A stretch of 64,000 bases of DNA. It comes from Tubiluchus corallicola (lineage: Eukaryota > Animalia > Priapulida). Below, in pieces: positions 52,400 through 64,000 of this stretch; position 1 is the stretch's first letter; each line of letters begins with the position of its first letter. The DNA is taken from NCBI GenBank assembly GCA_030141605.1, contig JAQGDQ010000763.1, positions 36,459 through 100,458 of the forward strand. The letters run 5' to 3'. A program made the translations under genes and the position numbers. The notes below the pieces were generated by a model. The model had not been told where the DNA came from. It did no database searches and worked only from the letters and a program-made list of their open reading frames with translations.

Positions 52400-53139
52400 T
52401 TTCTAGCGTCGTCATCACCGTCACCATCATTATCACATTTGTCATCATAGTCATATTAAATCAACTGTCACTCGTCTTGTTTCTAGTGTCATCATCAACG
52501 TCACCATCATTATCACATTTGTCATCATAGTCATATTAAATCACCTGTCACTCATCTTGTTTCTAGTGTTGTCATCACCGTCACCATCATTATCACATTG
52601 TCATCATAGTCATATTAAATCAACTGTCACTCATCTTGTTTCTAGTGTCGTCATCACCGTCACCATCATTATCACATTGTCATCATAGTCATATTTAATC
52701 AACTGTCACTCATCTTGTTTCTAGTGTCGTCATCACCGTCACCATCATTATCACATTTGTCATCATAGTCATATTTAATCAACTGTCACTCATCTTGTTT
52801 CTAGTGTCGTCATCACCGTCACCATCATTATCACTATTGTCATCATAGTCATATTAAATCAACTGTCACTCATCTTGTTTCTAGTGTCGTCATCTGCGTC
52901 ACCATCATTATCACATTTGTCATCATAGTCATATTTAATCACCTGTCACTCATCTTGTTTCTAGTGTCGTCATCTGCATCACCATCATTATCACATTTGT
53001 CATCATAGTCATATTTAATCAACTGTCACTCATCTTGTTTCTAGCGTCGTCATCACCGTCACCATCATTATCACATTGTCATCATAGTCATATTTAATCA
53101 ATTGTCACTCATCTTGTTTCTAGTGTCGTCATCACCGTC
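52400..53139. repeat. About 80-bp minisatellite, about 9 copies
   Basis: Unit TTCTAGTGTCGTCATCACCGTCACCATCATTATCACATTTGTCATCATAGTC... Confidence 0.95.
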
Positions 53140-53232
53140 TTAGATTGAAATCTGTATTAGTCTTTAGATCAAAACATAAAGGGTTTATTTTAAATCTCTC
53201 TTTATGACTAGATAACTCTAAAATAAGAGCTT

Positions 53233-53722
53233 TGGTTACAACAGTGTAATGCTTCCTTGGAACAAGCTGTAGCTTTTAATCTGATTATAACAGTGTAATG
53301 CTTCCTTGGAACAAGCAGTAGCTTTTAATCTGGTTATAACAGTGTAATGCTTCCTTGGAACAAGCAGTAGCTTTTAATCTGATTATAACAGTGTAATGCT
53401 TCCTTGGAACAAGCAGTAGCTTTTAATGTGGTTATAACAGTGTAATGCTTCCTTGGAACAAGCAGTAGCTTTTAATCTGATTATAACAGTGTAATGCTTC
53501 CTTGGAACAAGCAGTAGCTTTTAATCTGGTTATAACAGTGTAATGCTTCCTTGGAACAAGCAGTAGCTTTTAATCTGGTTATAACAGTGTAATGCATCCT
53601 TGGAACAAGCAGTAGCTTTTAATCTGGTTATAACAGTGTAATGCTTCATTGGAACAAGCAGTAGCTTTTAATCTGGTTATAACAGTGTAATGCTTCCTTG
53701 GAGCAAGCAGTAGCTTTTAATC
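53233..53722. repeat. 49-bp minisatellite, 10 copies
   Basis: Unit TGGTTATAACAGTGTAATGCTTCCTTGGAACAAGCAGTAGCTTTTAATC. Confidence 0.95.
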
Positions 53723-53995
53723 TTATAATTGCTAGTGTACAAAATCATTAACGACTAACAACTAAAAATACTGTTTTATAAAATTATTATAAAAATACTT
53801 ATTGGTGGCAAGCCGCTGCTTCTTAGGTCTCCCTTCATTATTTTCCTCTACAACAGTGATCATTTTCACCTAATTATTTTTATTTTACTGATTATATATA
53901 GCATTTCAAAATTATGTGCCAATTAATGTGATTATGATGTGTGTTAATCATCGGCGGCAGCGGAGGGTGACAGCAATACCTAGAACAGCCTCCTT

Positions 53996-54065
53996 GTTAC
54001 CATGAAGATTGTTACCGTTACGTCATCAACCAGCCGCCTGTTTTGGTTACAGTTACTAAGGACGC
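53996..54065 (+). promoter_or_regulatory. Candidate RFX X-box motifs and CRE-like site upstream of tektin
   Basis: GTTACCATGAAGAT 53996-54009, TTACGTCA 54018-54025, GTTACTAAGGACGC 54052-54065; 160-230 bp before the ATG. Confidence 0.5.
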
Positions 54066-54224
54066 TCGGATCTTGTACAACGAGATTCCTAGTTTTGTAA
54101 AGTTTTGTTACTGTAGCGTGTAAGTGCAAGTCGTGTGATCGTAAATTTTTTTAATGAATTTCGACTTGCTTGCACTTTTGATACAAAAGAATAAGAAGTA
54201 GTGTCGTTAAAATTGTAATCCAAA

Positions 54225-54440
54225 ATGTCAAGAGGTGCGTATAGAGGGAGCCTGGGAAATGACACGTACATATCAGGAGCTGGAGGATTCAGATTTGGAA
54301 AGCTGACGCCAAATGACTGGCGTGCCAACAATGAACTCAGGTTTCAAAAATCGGATGCTGATAGAGGTAAAGCAAAATATATAAACGCCGAGTCACAGAA
54401 TGTAGAAAAGGCAGCACACGATAAAGCTGATGAATTACAG
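54225..54440 (+). CDS. TEKT4: Tektin (tektin-4-like) exon 1
   Basis: GFRFGKLTPNDWRANN resembles the tektin N-terminal KYTPxEW..N motif; CAG/GTTTGT donor. Confidence 0.75.
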
Positions 54441-54649
54441 GTTTGTTGTAGCTTGCTTTTAGGTCTATTTAAGCGACAGTTAGTTTGCTAACTGCGTGCA
54501 TTATACTAGTTCTATAATTAAGCAATAAAAATCTAGTTACTACACTAGTATACACGACATTTGTGTACCTAACAAACTGAAGTGCAGTAATTATTATTGT
54601 TCATTCAAAATAGTATAAATAAATAATTATTGTCTCCCTTATTTACTGA

Positions 54650-55135
54650 TTATTTTTGTTTGAATGCTGAGATACATAATTACAGCACACGTTATAGGCT
54701 GAACTATCACTAGATACAGTGCAACACAATTGTTAGAAAATTTTCTATTAAATACAGTGGCCCTTACACATGGAATTCAATTGCTCCAGCTATTAAAAAT
54801 GCCAACTCTCTGTCCATATTTAAAAAAATATATAAATTAAACTTACTTGAAACATATAACTGATCACTCAATCATGATTTGTTGTTTTTCATTTTCAAAA
54901 ACTTCCCCTCTAGTATAATAATATTTTATTACTTCCCACCCACATATATATCTGTATATATTGTAATATTGTATCTGTATATATTGCAATATTGTACCTG
55001 TATATATTGTGATTTTTTTCGTAACTAATTCTAGTGGCCTACTATAAGCTAGCGTTTTAGGTCTCTAGCGCAGTATTCATGAATTGTATCGTAGTTTTGT
55101 ATTAACAAAAACTGATTATCGATAAATAAATAAAA
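54650..55135 (+). mobile_element. 5'-truncated CR1/L2-group LINE
   Basis: HNYSTR...FSIKYSGPYTWNSI...FKKIYKLNLLETYN*, 3' UTR and (TAAA)n tail. Confidence 0.75.
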
Positions 55136-55441
55136 TTATATTCCCTGTGAGTGAACAAATTTGCTGGATAATTTCATTTACTCAAAAGTCATGTAGCTAA
55201 ACATAACTACTGTTATATTTATTTCTTGCAGTTAAATGTTAACTTTGAAATTTGTAACAAAATAATTTGTGTTAGATGTTCAAAATAGATTTTTTAAATT
55301 TTTTGTTTAACTTGCGTTTGATGTTAAAATAATTCAATTAATTACAAAATGAAAAATCTGCTCAAATCTCCTCTAATGATCAGAGCTTTTTTAGTATTTT
55401 TTGTCTTTGTTTAAATCCTTCACATTTCCGTTTTTATTCAG

Positions 55442-55591
55442 TACGATGTAACGCAGAAAATCACCGACCGACTCCGCGATACGAACGACTATCAGAGAGC
55501 TCTGCAAAGATACATAGAAGCTCTTCTTAAAGAAACAGATTTACTCTTTGCTCAAAAGCAACGGCTGGAGAACACGCTGAAAACTACAGAG
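55442..55591 (+). CDS. TEKT4: Tektin exon 2
   Basis: YDVTQKITDRLRD...ETDLLFAQKQRLENTLKTTE; phase 0 to 0. Confidence 0.85.
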
Positions 55592-55599
55592 GTATTATT

Positions 55600-56000
55600 A
55601 GTCATAAGTTATTTATTTCACATTACACATTTACAATAGTTTCATGTACAATATCTAGTGAAAGGGCCTACAATGAACGTAATACAAATAAGAAATACTG
55701 CACAGGAAAAGCCTCAAACACTGTTCACTTATATACGAATGTAACTGTGTTGCAGGCAATCAAAAAGCAGAGCTTGTTAGATTGTCCCACACAGTGAAAG
55801 AAAAAAAAGTAATTGAGATAATCTGAAATTTTAAAGTGAATCGTGATAAAAAAACATTAGTGCTTAAAATGGAATGATGTAATGAATGAATGCTTATAAT
55901 ATGCTTATTCGTGTGATCCCTTTTTTGCATATAAACTTTTGATTTTTCTACTTGCATTTGTTAAATTATTCTCCTTACAAAATCACTTCACTTGTATGTG
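55600..56000 (-). mobile_element. LINE 3'-end fragment
   Basis: Shared with 32697-32910 and extends further into a degenerate ORF2-like end. Confidence 0.55.
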
Positions 56001-56348
56001 TGCAACCATCATTTGTACAAGTTCATTCATTAGAATGATATAAGTTTTGGTTTCTCCGACAAGCCTCTATTTATTATTGATATTATTGTAGTCACAGAAA
56101 CAATGTCAACAGAGGTTAATCCCACTGAATGCTTTATTGTAACATAATCAGTACATGAATGTCCAACAGATCCCATAAAGTGGATTAATCTGACTGTTCA
56201 GAGCACAGGTGAGTAAAACAGACAGGTGACTAACAGGTAACAAACAGAAAAACTGGCCAAACCCAAAAGCTTTACATTCCCACCACAGATGGCGCCTCGT
56301 GCACAAATTTGTAAGCAAGATTAACAAAAAAAAGTCAAGCCTGCTACA

Positions 56349-56378
56349 ATTATTATTGTTATTATTATTATTATTATT

Positions 56379-56427
<49 letters not shown>

Positions 56428-56460
56428 ACATCATCATTGTTGTTATTAAATATTATTATT
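56349..56460. repeat. (ATT)n/(ATC)n microsatellite
   Basis: Direct reading. Confidence 0.9.
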
Positions 56461-57929
56461 AATAGTAATATCATCAGTTTATTTCACATAAAAATGTACA
56501 ACTTACAAAGACAACAGGATGTTAGTAAAATAACATATGTACAGAAATCAACTTTGTAATATCCACTCATTTCAGTACGTATACAGTGTTGTAAGAATCT
56601 ATAAGGTAAAGTGGGGTAAGATTGACACATCTTCATAATTTGATTCTGCAATGGGATCAAAGTGCAAAATCTCAGAAGACTTTTACAGAATTTTGACCTT
56701 TACTAATCTGCTTAATAAATAGTAGTCTTCCATGATTGGTTTTTAATTTCTTGATTAGAATTAAATAAATGCATGGGCATGTACATAGTCTGATTTGTTT
56801 TTATAGAAAAGGTGCATAACGCTTAAGTTTACGAGTTGTTAATTAAAATGGTTTGCTGCTATTGAAATACATAATTTAGATTAATTCTCGACTTTTAATA
56901 AAAACCGCACAACTATTTGATTAAAAGAGTGGCCACCCAATATATAATTTATTGCAACTTACATGATTTGGTGCATTTACATTATTACTTTCTATCACAG
57001 CAGGACAACCAATTATAGATAATTATTCACTTTATCACATAGTTAATGCAATAAGCACAGAATACCAATCCTAGATATATAATGCGCAAATTAGCACATA
57101 ACTATGAAAAAACTGTTGAAAATATGAAAAAATAACCTAACGAATTAGGCGGATCATATGACGTTTGCTTGTAGAAATAGCAAGTGTCAAATGGTCACCT
57201 GTACAAAGGTGACGAAGGAATTTATAACTTTAGAATGAAGCCCATATAAATAATTCAAGGTTAACCTAATGTAGGAACCGGAATAAACTAGTTTGCAATA
57301 CTGAAAATGAGAAAGTCTAACAGCACAGTAGAACTCAATCACGTGCCACTTTTTTGAAAAATGTAAGTGTTTAATGTTCAAAAAACTTTGCACTATCGAT
57401 GTTACCGCAAGGGTGTGATAAGATTGACAGTGCAGAATTTTTTGATTATTCACTACTGTTACATAGTATTCATACATGTGAGGTAAATATTTATGAATTA
57501 AAAAATGGCTAAAACGATACTCACTAAAAGCAAGGAATAAAAATAAATATATCATTTCACTGGTGCATTTTAAGTTAGATTTAGAATATGTTAGAATGCC
57601 GCACCTTGCTGCTTAACTCATTTTTTTACAATAGTGCTTGTAACAATACCATAGATATGGTTTGTGCAGATCAAAGATCTTGGTGATTGCTTAGCAGTGT
57701 TCTGCATTCTAGACTGTCATGCTGCTCTGATCTTCTTTGTTTAAGTTCCTAATTAGTATAATAAATACTACTTTATTATGCACGCGTTTGTCTGGTTGCT
57801 GATATAATTGTAGCGTGTAACAAGTGCTTTACCTTTAACTGTACGTTTTCGTTTAGATCTACAGTACAACCATATTTTAATCTTAAATTTACTTGACTGT
57901 TATTTACGTAGTTGCATATAGCTTTGGAA

Positions 57930-58200
57930 TTCTCAATATGCTAGACTTTGCAATTTTCTCACTTTTAGTTTTCTCGCTCCAAAATTAAATTTTCTACTAT
58001 CTATTAAATAATTCGCAGGCATTGTGCTACAAAAATACGTTAATAATTTGACGCTTTCATTTTGTCTAACAATGAATGTTTCTCTATAAGCAGTGTTCCA
58101 TTTTACCCTAATGGCATTAACTTCGTTGTTTGATATACTGGCAATTTCACATCTGTATAACAAAATTGGTGGACGACATGTATTGATTAGAGTCTTAACT
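57930..58200 (-). mobile_element. Degenerate LINE ORF2 C-terminal fragment
   Basis: LYRCE...VKWNTAYR..F...SVKLL.YFC..MP..YLID.RK.NF pattern seen downstream of non-LTR RT domains. Confidence 0.55.
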
Positions 58201-58260
58201 ACTCTGCAAATTGTATGTTATGCGAACTGTGACAGCATCTAGTTGCGTAATATTACGCAG

Positions 58261-58617
58261 TAGGGATGACCATTTTCTACCAGATAGCGACATCGAATCG
58301 AATCAAATTTCTGACTTTCGAATTCGAATCAAACCGAATTTCAGTATTTCGAATCCAAATCGAATGAAATATTTTTGAACAAGTTTTCGGGCCACTATAT
58401 AGTAAAAAAGTGGTCTTGCAAAGATCTTGCATATTACTTGATTTTGTTCTGCAGAAAAACTGCTATTAGTTTGTTAAAAATTTTGAACATCAACTGCAGC
58501 TAAATTTTGCTAATTCCAAACATTTTAATGATAAAAAACATATGTGGTTAAAGTGCTGAATTATTCGAATCTGTAGTTTTAGGTTCGAATCGAATTCGAA
58601 CCTTCGCTGTTCACTCC
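58261..58617. mobile_element. hAT-like MITE (family A), diverged copy
   Basis: Colinear with 11737-12103. Confidence 0.8.
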
Positions 58618-59031
58618 AAATAGACAGCACTAGATTATAAGTGGGTACACCATAGTTGTTTTTTCTGTCCTGCACTAAATTAGTGGCCTGATCTTCGCCA
58701 AAGTATGAAAATTTATGCCTTGGCTGGAACGAGTCTCGTTGTCAAGGATATTCCTAGATTCCTGATGAACTACTTGGTCACGACGTATTTACATCCTCAA
58801 TTAACGTGGTAAATAACCGTAATCAGCGTAGCGAATGAAATGGCTCCGAGCTGGTATTGAACTCAGGCAATCATGAACCATTCAAGCGAGTGAGGCACAT
58901 ATGTGCAAGTTTATTTGATAAAACTATGTAAATTTTTCTTTACTTTAAGACTTCTCTAAAAAGTTTTTTTTAAGCAAATAGTTTGCTTAACTTCCAATGC
59001 GTAATTGTTAGTTTTTTCACGATTCTTCTAG

Positions 59032-59127
59032 GTGCCGCTGCATATTGCCACTGATTGTTTGAAGGTCAGAGAGACGAGACATTCCCAAGAACAAGTAGAA
59101 GACGATGTGGAACTGTCTTTGCTCAAG
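59032..59127 (+). CDS. TEKT4: Tektin exon 3
   Basis: VPLHIATDCLKVRETRHSQEQVEDDVELSLLK: tektin PLxIAxxCL..RE.R...D.VE..LLK signature. Confidence 0.9.
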
Positions 59128-59353
59128 GTCAGTGAGATTTACAGTTTTTTTTGATAAACGGTTTTGTTTCACTGGGTTGAATTTTCTAAATGTGTCCGTA
59201 GTCACTCCAGTAATTCCCGCTCGGGAGTATTCCTGATCTTTAGTGCCGTTGCTCTGCCTTGCAGACTTTAATAGTAACGCTCTGATGGAGGCAGTGTATG
59301 ATAGAGGTCTATGTACAGCTCAGGGGCATCTTGTGTATAAGTACTGTGGAACT

Positions 59354-59790
59354 ACAGCACCCCTATTTTCACTCAGTATTATCGATAATATTCAATATAG
59401 AAAAGCCTTTTTTCTTTAGTTCTTTCTTTATACTTGTATGGGACCAGAGCACGTGAGGGTAGTACTGTTTGCTTCACAGCCCAGCACAGTGCGCTCCAGC
59501 AACGTGGTGTTTGGATGTTGTGCGCATGTCTGAGATAAGACGCTGCACTTTAGGTAGAAAGAGTACTGCAGCACCCCCTATTTTCACTCAATATTATCGA
59601 TAATATTCAATATAATAAGTCTTTTTTCTTTAGTTCTTTCTTTATACTTGTGCGGAACCAGAGCACGTGAGGGTAGTACTGTTTGCTTCACAGCCCAGCA
59701 CAGTGCGCTCCAGCAACGTGGTGTTTGGATGTTGTGCGCATGCGGCCGTGCACGCGTGTCTGAGCCCAGGTAGAGAAAGTACTGTCGCTC
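59354..59790. repeat. Two tandem copies of a dispersed repeat segment of about 215 bp
   Basis: 59354-59565 recurs at 59566-59790; the end is related to 12430-12520. Confidence 0.75.
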
Positions 59791-59854
59791 ACACGGTTTA
59801 TATGCACGTGACAACTAACAACAAGCTGTGTGAGCGTTTGACTCTCTCTCTCTC

Positions 59855-59886
<32 letters not shown>

Positions 59887-60073
59887 TGTTTGTGATATTA
59901 TATATCCAAAGCTGGGACGTTATGGCAGATGAACAGTTGTACGGCTGTCACCCATCTATGTTTTTGTTAGACTTAGTGTTGCGTATTTGCAGCAAAACAA
60001 GCGCCATGTGTGCAAACACTGCCGCTTCCGGATAGGTAAACTGTTTTAGTTCATCCAGTAATTTTTGTTACAG

Positions 60074-60144
60074 GAAGTGGAAACCCTGAACAATATTCAG
60101 GATTTGTTAGACAAAGTGATCAAGGATGCAAATGATCAACTGAG
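60074..60144 (+). CDS. TEKT4: Tektin exon 4
   Basis: EVETLNNIQDLLDKVIKDANDQL(R); phase 0 to 2. Confidence 0.88.
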
Positions 60145-60328
60145 GTATTTGATTTGACTGAATATTTTGTTTTTATGACACACCTTTGACTGCAGTGTAG
60201 CACGCATTACGCATTTGTCACACGCATATGCATCAAATTTTAGTTTTCACGCATCCCGCATCTTCACGCTCAGTTTTGCAAATCACCTGGTTTCCTTGCC
60301 ATCAGTACCAATCACAACACAAATAGTG

Positions 60329-60704
<376 letters not shown>

Positions 60705-61188
60705 ATGCTCTTAACACAATAGCATTTACGAGTCTCATAATGCATATTAAACTAAAGGCATAAAAGATGAAAATTAAGCACTTTTTGGTGCTGGTGACCT
60801 TTTTCCTGTGTAAAAAGAAACATATTTATATATAAAGTACGGTAAACAGAGCACAAGACAGCCCAGTATTACTGTGAATTCTACGATGTCTTCTTAGTGA
60901 GTTACAGCGCGACATTGAGAAGCTGATATCCCTGCACCAAACACATGTATCGCAAAAGACAATGAACTGTGTTACTATGGTTACTGGTAAAACGTTGATT
61001 TACCCTTCCATATTGCTGACACAGCTGAAAGTGCTAAATAAATTGGTTTACTAAATTAGATTTTATCTGTGAAATACATCTTCATGGTTAATCTTGTTGT
61101 TTTCAATTTCAAGCATATGAAAATAAAAGAAGGTGTGTGTTCGTCTGGGTGCAGGAGGAAGAGAACACGCCAGGTTCTGGCTGGCTTT

Positions 61189-61443
61189 AGACCAGACGGT
61201 TTACTCTAGTGGTAACGCGTCTGCTTTCCGTCTGGGAGGTCGTGAGTTCGAACCAGCGGCCGGGTCATACCAAAGACTTTAAAAATGGTACCTGCTGTTG
61301 CCCTGCCTGGCGTGTGGTATTTAGGGTAAAAGTGGGGTAATAATAGTCTCTGTTATGTAGTTGTAGGTTGTTATTTACAGTCGGCGATAATAGCTCTTTG
61401 TGCTAATGGTAATTGTTGACCCAAAAGCCGACTTTAAATAAAG

Positions 61444-61490
<47 letters not shown>
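61189..61490 (+). mobile_element. tRNA-derived SINE with Meta-type core and (ATT)n tail
   Basis: A box TACTCTAGTGG, B box GAGTTCGAACC, core GGGTCATACCAAAGACTTTAAAAATGGTACCTGCTG...CCTGCCTGGCG, AATAAAG(ATT)n. Confidence 0.88.
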
Positions 61491-61491
<1 letters not shown>

Positions 61492-61873
61492 GGAGTCCAC
61501 CTGGGTGGCTAAGGGGTACCAACCTGGCAAAGTTTTCGGATAACTGCCCTAAGATTACCATAATTTTTTGCCTTAATTTTTTGATAATTTCGTTTTGACA
61601 CCCAAAAGAGGAAAAAATTCTGGGGCACATTTTGACCCCATACGCTTGACCATAAGCTGTAAGTGATGCAAACTGGATGGATGACCTGAGACATTTGTCT
61701 ACCAACTGAAAAAGTTAACCTTAAAGTCATGGCTAAAGATTTGGCTAAGCGATTTAGTAATTAAGTGGAAATCACTAGAGGTCACTGAATAATATCACTT
61801 TTTAATCACGCAAACTATAGTTGGCAACTTATTTTGTAATATCTGTAGAATAATAACTTCATATGGTGGCAGT

Positions 61874-62568
61874 TGTGTGTGTAACGTCTCGACAACATTA
61901 GTAACATTGTTAGAAACTGTATAGAACAGTTAACATAAATCTTTCTTGCTTATTATTATGTTTATTCACAAAGACTGCTACCATGATAAGTCTAGAGGAC
62001 GTAACACCTCGTGGTTCCGCTTGAAACAATGAGGGGAAACCTTAGTGAGCACAAACATTAAAATGTAAACCATAGATAAGAACACGTCACAGTGTGGAAA
62101 ACAATAGTACACGTTTAGAAGCTCTCTGGCTGGCTTTATCATAGAACGAATTAATCTTCTCAGCAGTTGAAGTAACTGGAGAAAGCCATTGCAACATTAT
62201 TAGCTTTACGTTGTGTTGTGGAGATCGCTGGCATCTATTAGAATTTAATAGAGCATTGTAGAATGTTCCACTAGAATAGTCGTCTTACCTTGTAGAATGT
62301 TCTAGAATGTTCCCTGGCGCCCTATATAAGGCGAAGCAGGCCTCTGAGATGGACGAGCGCATATTTCGCTCGGACGCCACTTACACATTCTCTTGTTTAC
62401 TTGTATTTTCAGATGCACTTACACGTTTTCCAGATTTTCACGTTTAGTGTAATCATTTCGCGTTCCTTCATACTTTTGTGTTGTAGAATTCTCGCTTAAT
62501 AAACCAGTTTAATCTGACGAAGTGTTTTCTGGTTTCTACGAGCCTTCCGAGAGAAACAAAACACAACA
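61874..62568 (+). mobile_element. Probable solo LTR
   Basis: TGT...AACA ends, TATATAAG near 62323, AATAAA near 62498, flanks CAGT/CATT. Confidence 0.5.
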
Positions 62569-62631
62569 CATTGCCACACTCTCTGTATAAACTTTAAAAA
62601 ATATTAGCGTTGATGACGACGTCTCTTTCAG

Positions 62632-62775
62632 GTCGAATCGAAGTACAAAATCTACATTGGAATTAGACTGGAGTGATAAGCTGGAGGCTTCAGATATCGA
62701 CACGGTTTCCGGAAATCTTAATAATCACAGTACGGACAAGGTGTTCAAACCAGCTGCGTCGGCTTACCAAAATCC
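62632..62775 (+). CDS. TEKT4: Tektin exon 5 (gene continues beyond the window)
   Basis: SNRSTKSTLELDWSDKLEASDID: E.DWSDK..A..ID motif typical of tektin-4/A1. Confidence 0.9.
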
Positions 62776-62787
62776 GTAAGTTAAAGT

Positions 62788-63720
62788 CAGCGGCGCATCA
62801 GGACTATGATGCCCTAGGCCAGGGGTGTGCAAATTGTCTGACCAGCCTGGACACATTAAACTTTCCCGCAATTCCTGCGGGCCACAGGCAGTTCGTTCAT
62901 GGAGCCAAGTACAGAAAGGCCTAATAACGATTTTTTTTCATCCGACCTGCGTACATCATTACTACTACACTCAAGAAACTATTTTAGAAGTTATTAAAGT
63001 TTATATTACAAACCATATATTTCTACTTTCAGGACAGATAGTGGTAATTTCATTACAATGCATGTTAGTAATATGTATCACACAGTCTGTGTAGTACAGT
63101 GTTATTAAGCTACAACCGTCTTGTAAGAGTTAATGGCATCCGATCTAGTAGAAAAAACTACCCGCACTATCTTTGGGATCTCGTGGTACGGACTTCAGCT
63201 GGATACACTCAATTAATCGCTTGGGCCGCACTTTCATTAGGTTGACAAATGTCTTCGTGGGCCGCACAAATTTTCTCAGTGGGCCACAATTTGCACACCC
63301 CTGCCCTAGGCTGATAGTTCTATCTGTCCCGTCTCTATTATGAATTTATGGTTTATGCAATGAGTGGATTAAACAATTATTTGTGGCGTATTATAAACAC
63401 TGTTAGTTGAGTTTATTCATTATTATAGCATCTATTATCTATTATTATATTATCTATTATAGTCATTATTAATTACATGTATTTGCTTAGCGCTTATATT
63501 CAAGCAGGCTGCGCAACTGCTTGTTGTGTAGTATCTTGCACCTGTTCATTACGTGGCACTTATATAAAATCTCTGTTCAATAACTGCCTGTGGTGAGTTA
63601 TAAAATGCCCCATTTACATGAATATGAAGTGTACACACTTTCTGAGGAGTATAAGATTCTTTTCTAAAATGTGACGTCCCTCAAACTGTGTCACCCTGGG
63701 CCATAGTCTAATACGCCCCT
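62788..63720. mobile_element. Composite element: host MITE with nested family B hAT MITE (62820-63303)
   Basis: The inner element has perfect TSD CCCTAGGC; the whole block is the reverse-complement homolog of about 13000-13941. Confidence 0.85.
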
Positions 63721-63847
63721 GGTTAAAGTACATAAGAAGTGGCCAACCTTCTGGGAAGTTGGGCTTATTTCTGTGTTCACGAAAAATGTTACAATGATTC
63801 AGCAGCAATAGCATGATCAGCTCCTCAAATGATAAAAATGATTATAT

Positions 63848-64000
63848 CTCTTCTCTTCTCTTCTCTTCTCTTCTCTTCTCTTCTCTTCTCTTCTCTTCTC
63901 TTCTCTTCTCTTCTCTTCTCTTCTCTTCTCTTCTCTTCTCTTCTCTTCTCTTCTCTTCTCTCCTCTCCTCTCCTCTTCTCTTCTCTCCTCTTCTCTTCTC
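63848..64000. repeat. (TTCTC)n microsatellite
   Basis: Direct reading. Confidence 0.95.

Noticed and set aside
61189-61262. tRNA gene
   Set aside because: A and B boxes are present, but the sequence continues into a SINE core and tail and has a second dispersed copy.

Overview
AT-rich, repeat-dense window from an animal genome, most likely a bilaterian invertebrate (inferred from spliceosomal introns, a tektin gene, MetaSINE-type SINEs and CR1/L2-group LINEs). From left to right: (1) a tandem array of single-exon rhodopsin-family GPCR genes with a 2760-bp period: one intact 286-aa copy, the start of a second at the window edge, and an inverted TM1-TM4 fragment. A near full-length CR1/L2-group LINE (4088-8961) interrupts the array. 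(2) A TE-rich interval with weakly supported minus-strand exons. (3) A complete 10-exon SLC25A38 mitochondrial glycine carrier gene (22641-51157, 284 aa, all phases consistent), whose exon 7 appears twice across an N gap. (4) The first five coding exons of a divergent tektin-4-like gene (54225 onward) with X-box-like promoter motifs. Introns and intergenic DNA hold many non-autonomous DNA transposons (hAT, piggyBac, Kolobok, Sola1-like, pogo/Tc1, Harbinger-like) and about a dozen minisatellites, two traceable to MITE internal sequence. I found no CRISPR array or other clearly new molecular system. The best leads are the GPCR with no TM3-ECL2 disulfide and almost no ECL2, the MITE-born satellites lying in inverted orientation around SLC25A38 exon 9, a head-to-head twin tRNA-like element, and composite MITEs. 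All family assignments come from motif recognition by eye; no database search was run.
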